Source of the DNA: Pseudomonadota bacterium
GTDB lineage: Bacteria; Pseudomonadota; Gammaproteobacteria; Burkholderiales; JABEVD01
Reading direction: 5' to 3'
NCBI GenBank assembly: GCA_021845885.1
Contig: JAJZVB010000001.1
Location: 1-56,963, forward strand
Length of the DNA: 56,963 nt
A program made the translations under genes and the position numbers. Below, one piece after another: positions 56,735 to 56,963 of this stretch (positions within the stretch are counted from its first letter, which is position 1; each line of letters opens with the position of its first letter). Below the pieces are notes generated by a model that searched no databases, had not been told where the DNA came from, and worked only from the letters and a program-made list of their open reading frames with translations.

Positions 56735-56963
56735 TCAACTCAACATCTCCATCAACACCGGATGCCATTTGGAAAGCTCGATCTCACCCATCTTTCCAGC
56801 CAGGCGACGTTTATCCACAGAGCGAAGTTGATCGAGCAAAATGCGCGCTGGTTTACCCGCAAACATGACCTCCGGGCGACTACCCAAAGGCTGTCCCTGG
56901 CTGGTCAGCGGCGCTATGATGACACGCGGCAGCGCAGCATTCAGGTCATCTGGCGAAACCACC
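56735..56963 (-). CDS. MazF/PemK-family type II toxin (N-terminus beyond the right edge of the window)
   Basis: ...VIIAPLTSQGQPLGSRPEVMFAGKPARILLDQLRSVDKRRL is the characteristic PemK/MazF C-terminal core. The frame is open to the end of the window. Confidence 0.7.
   Translation of the reverse strand, partial: VVSPDDLNAALPRVIIAPLTSQGQPLGSRPEVMFAGKPARILLDQLRSVDKRRLAGKMGEIELSKWHPVLMEMLS

Larger units (their letters stand above)
49850..56963. other. Putative genomic island carrying a dnd-like operon plus a toxin gene (right boundary outside the window)
   Basis: There is an abrupt switch from conserved housekeeping genes to defence- or modification-type genes right after slmA. From about 51.1 kb onward the sequence is visibly more AT-rich than the rest of the window. 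I found no integrase, tRNA or direct repeat at the left junction. Confidence 0.6.

Overview
This is a 57-kb chromosomal segment, most likely from a beta- or gammaproteobacterium. That guess rests on SlmA, Fis, an amgK-murU pair divergent from lptD, a bioBFHCD operon and a dusB-fis-purH-purD block. About 85% of the window is densely packed housekeeping DNA. It holds a gldA/F/G-like ABC operon, mutM-arfB, thrB, polA, hemF, purHD, pepP-ubiH, lptD, the bio operon, rplM-rpsI, argC, mpl, hsp20, argB and slmA. Many of these genes are translationally coupled by ATGA or TGATG overlaps. I saw no rRNA, tRNA or CRISPR array.

There are four accessory or unusual stretches:
1. A REP-associated tyrosine transposase (RayT-like) gene bracketed by inverted repeats (12.6-13.6 kb).
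2. An RND efflux operon in the atypical order RND-MFP-OMF (13.9-19.6 kb).
3. A more AT-rich three-gene envelope operon: outer-membrane barrel, small PBP-like protein and a YihY::cNMP-binding fusion (21.5-24.3 kb).
4. The main hit: an AT-richer island directly after slmA (about 49.9 kb to the window end).

The island carries a tightly coupled six-gene operon that looks like a rearranged dnd (DNA phosphorothioation) module. Its order is a short DndC-like PP-loop/Fe-S enzyme, a 66-aa ORF resembling the DndC C-terminal tail, a DndD-like SMC ATPase, a DndE-like domain fused to a HerA/FtsK-type P-loop ATPase, a roughly 4-TM protein, and a DndB-like DGQHR protein. A truncated MazF/PemK toxin gene follows. 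No dndA and no DndFGH, SspE or Pbe partner is visible in the window.

All family assignments come from motif recognition by eye and were not checked by any database search.
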